Part shown: positions 63,825 to 64,000 of the stretch, in pieces
Numbering within the stretch: the stretch's first letter is position 1
Layout: the number at the start of each line of letters is the position of its first letter
Source of the DNA: Camelus ferus
Taxonomy: Eukaryota
Assembly (NCBI RefSeq): GCF_009834535.1
Contig: NC_045697.1
Span: 40,426,001-40,490,000 of the forward strand
Direction of reading: 5' to 3'
Length of the DNA: 64,000 bases
Position numbers and translations under genes: made by a program
The notes under the pieces: model-generated
What the model saw: the letters and a program-made list of their open reading frames with translations, nothing else
Told to the model about the DNA's origin: nothing
The model's database searches: none

Positions 63825-63911
63825 CTGTATTGGCACTTTCGGTTTTGCCAGAAGATTTAAATTCACATCTTTGTTCACAGCATGTCTTTCCAATGGCTTG
63901 ATCTGAGGAAC
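63825..63911 (-). CDS. DSPP: Dentin sialophosphoprotein exon 3 (VPQIKPLERHAVNKDVNLNLLAKPKVPIQ)
   Basis: 87 nt, phase 0, between acceptor ttggtAG and donor GTata. The translation starts VPQ.KPLERH, matching the mature N-terminus of mammalian DSP. Exons 1-2 are outside the window. Confidence 0.95.
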
Positions 63912-64000
63912 CTACCAAAGTGAAAATACTGGAATTGAAAACATTCTTATTTTGTCTACATGCACACACACACATGCATGCACTTTTCACTAAATGAAGG

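Overview
Mammalian genomic DNA from the SIBLING/SCPP mineralisation gene cluster. It is most likely camelid, judged from a tRNA-derived SINE at ~36.3 kb and artiodactyl-type L1 3' ends; this is an inference. Two genes lie on the minus strand. The first is the 3' part of DSPP (exons 3-5, 63911 to 59877, including a 694-aa dentin phosphoprotein repeat domain); exons 1-2 lie beyond the right edge. The second is the complete DMP1 gene (non-coding exon 1 at ~42.7-42.8 kb, coding exons 2-6 from 37556 to 30782, 519 aa). All coding-exon boundaries were read from GT/AG sites and are phase 0. The rest of the window is intronic or intergenic DNA rich in L1, L2, MIR, LTR/ERVL and DNA-transposon relics; TE family names are from recalled consensus motifs, not a database search. 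I found no convincing previously undescribed biological system. The best second-look items are the DPP repeat architecture and its open alternative frames, an extra in-frame upstream ATG in DMP1, a candidate L1 3' transduction bounded by a 13-bp TSD, two other atypical L1 junctions, an internally deleted ERVL provirus, and two perfect MEF2 motifs around DMP1.
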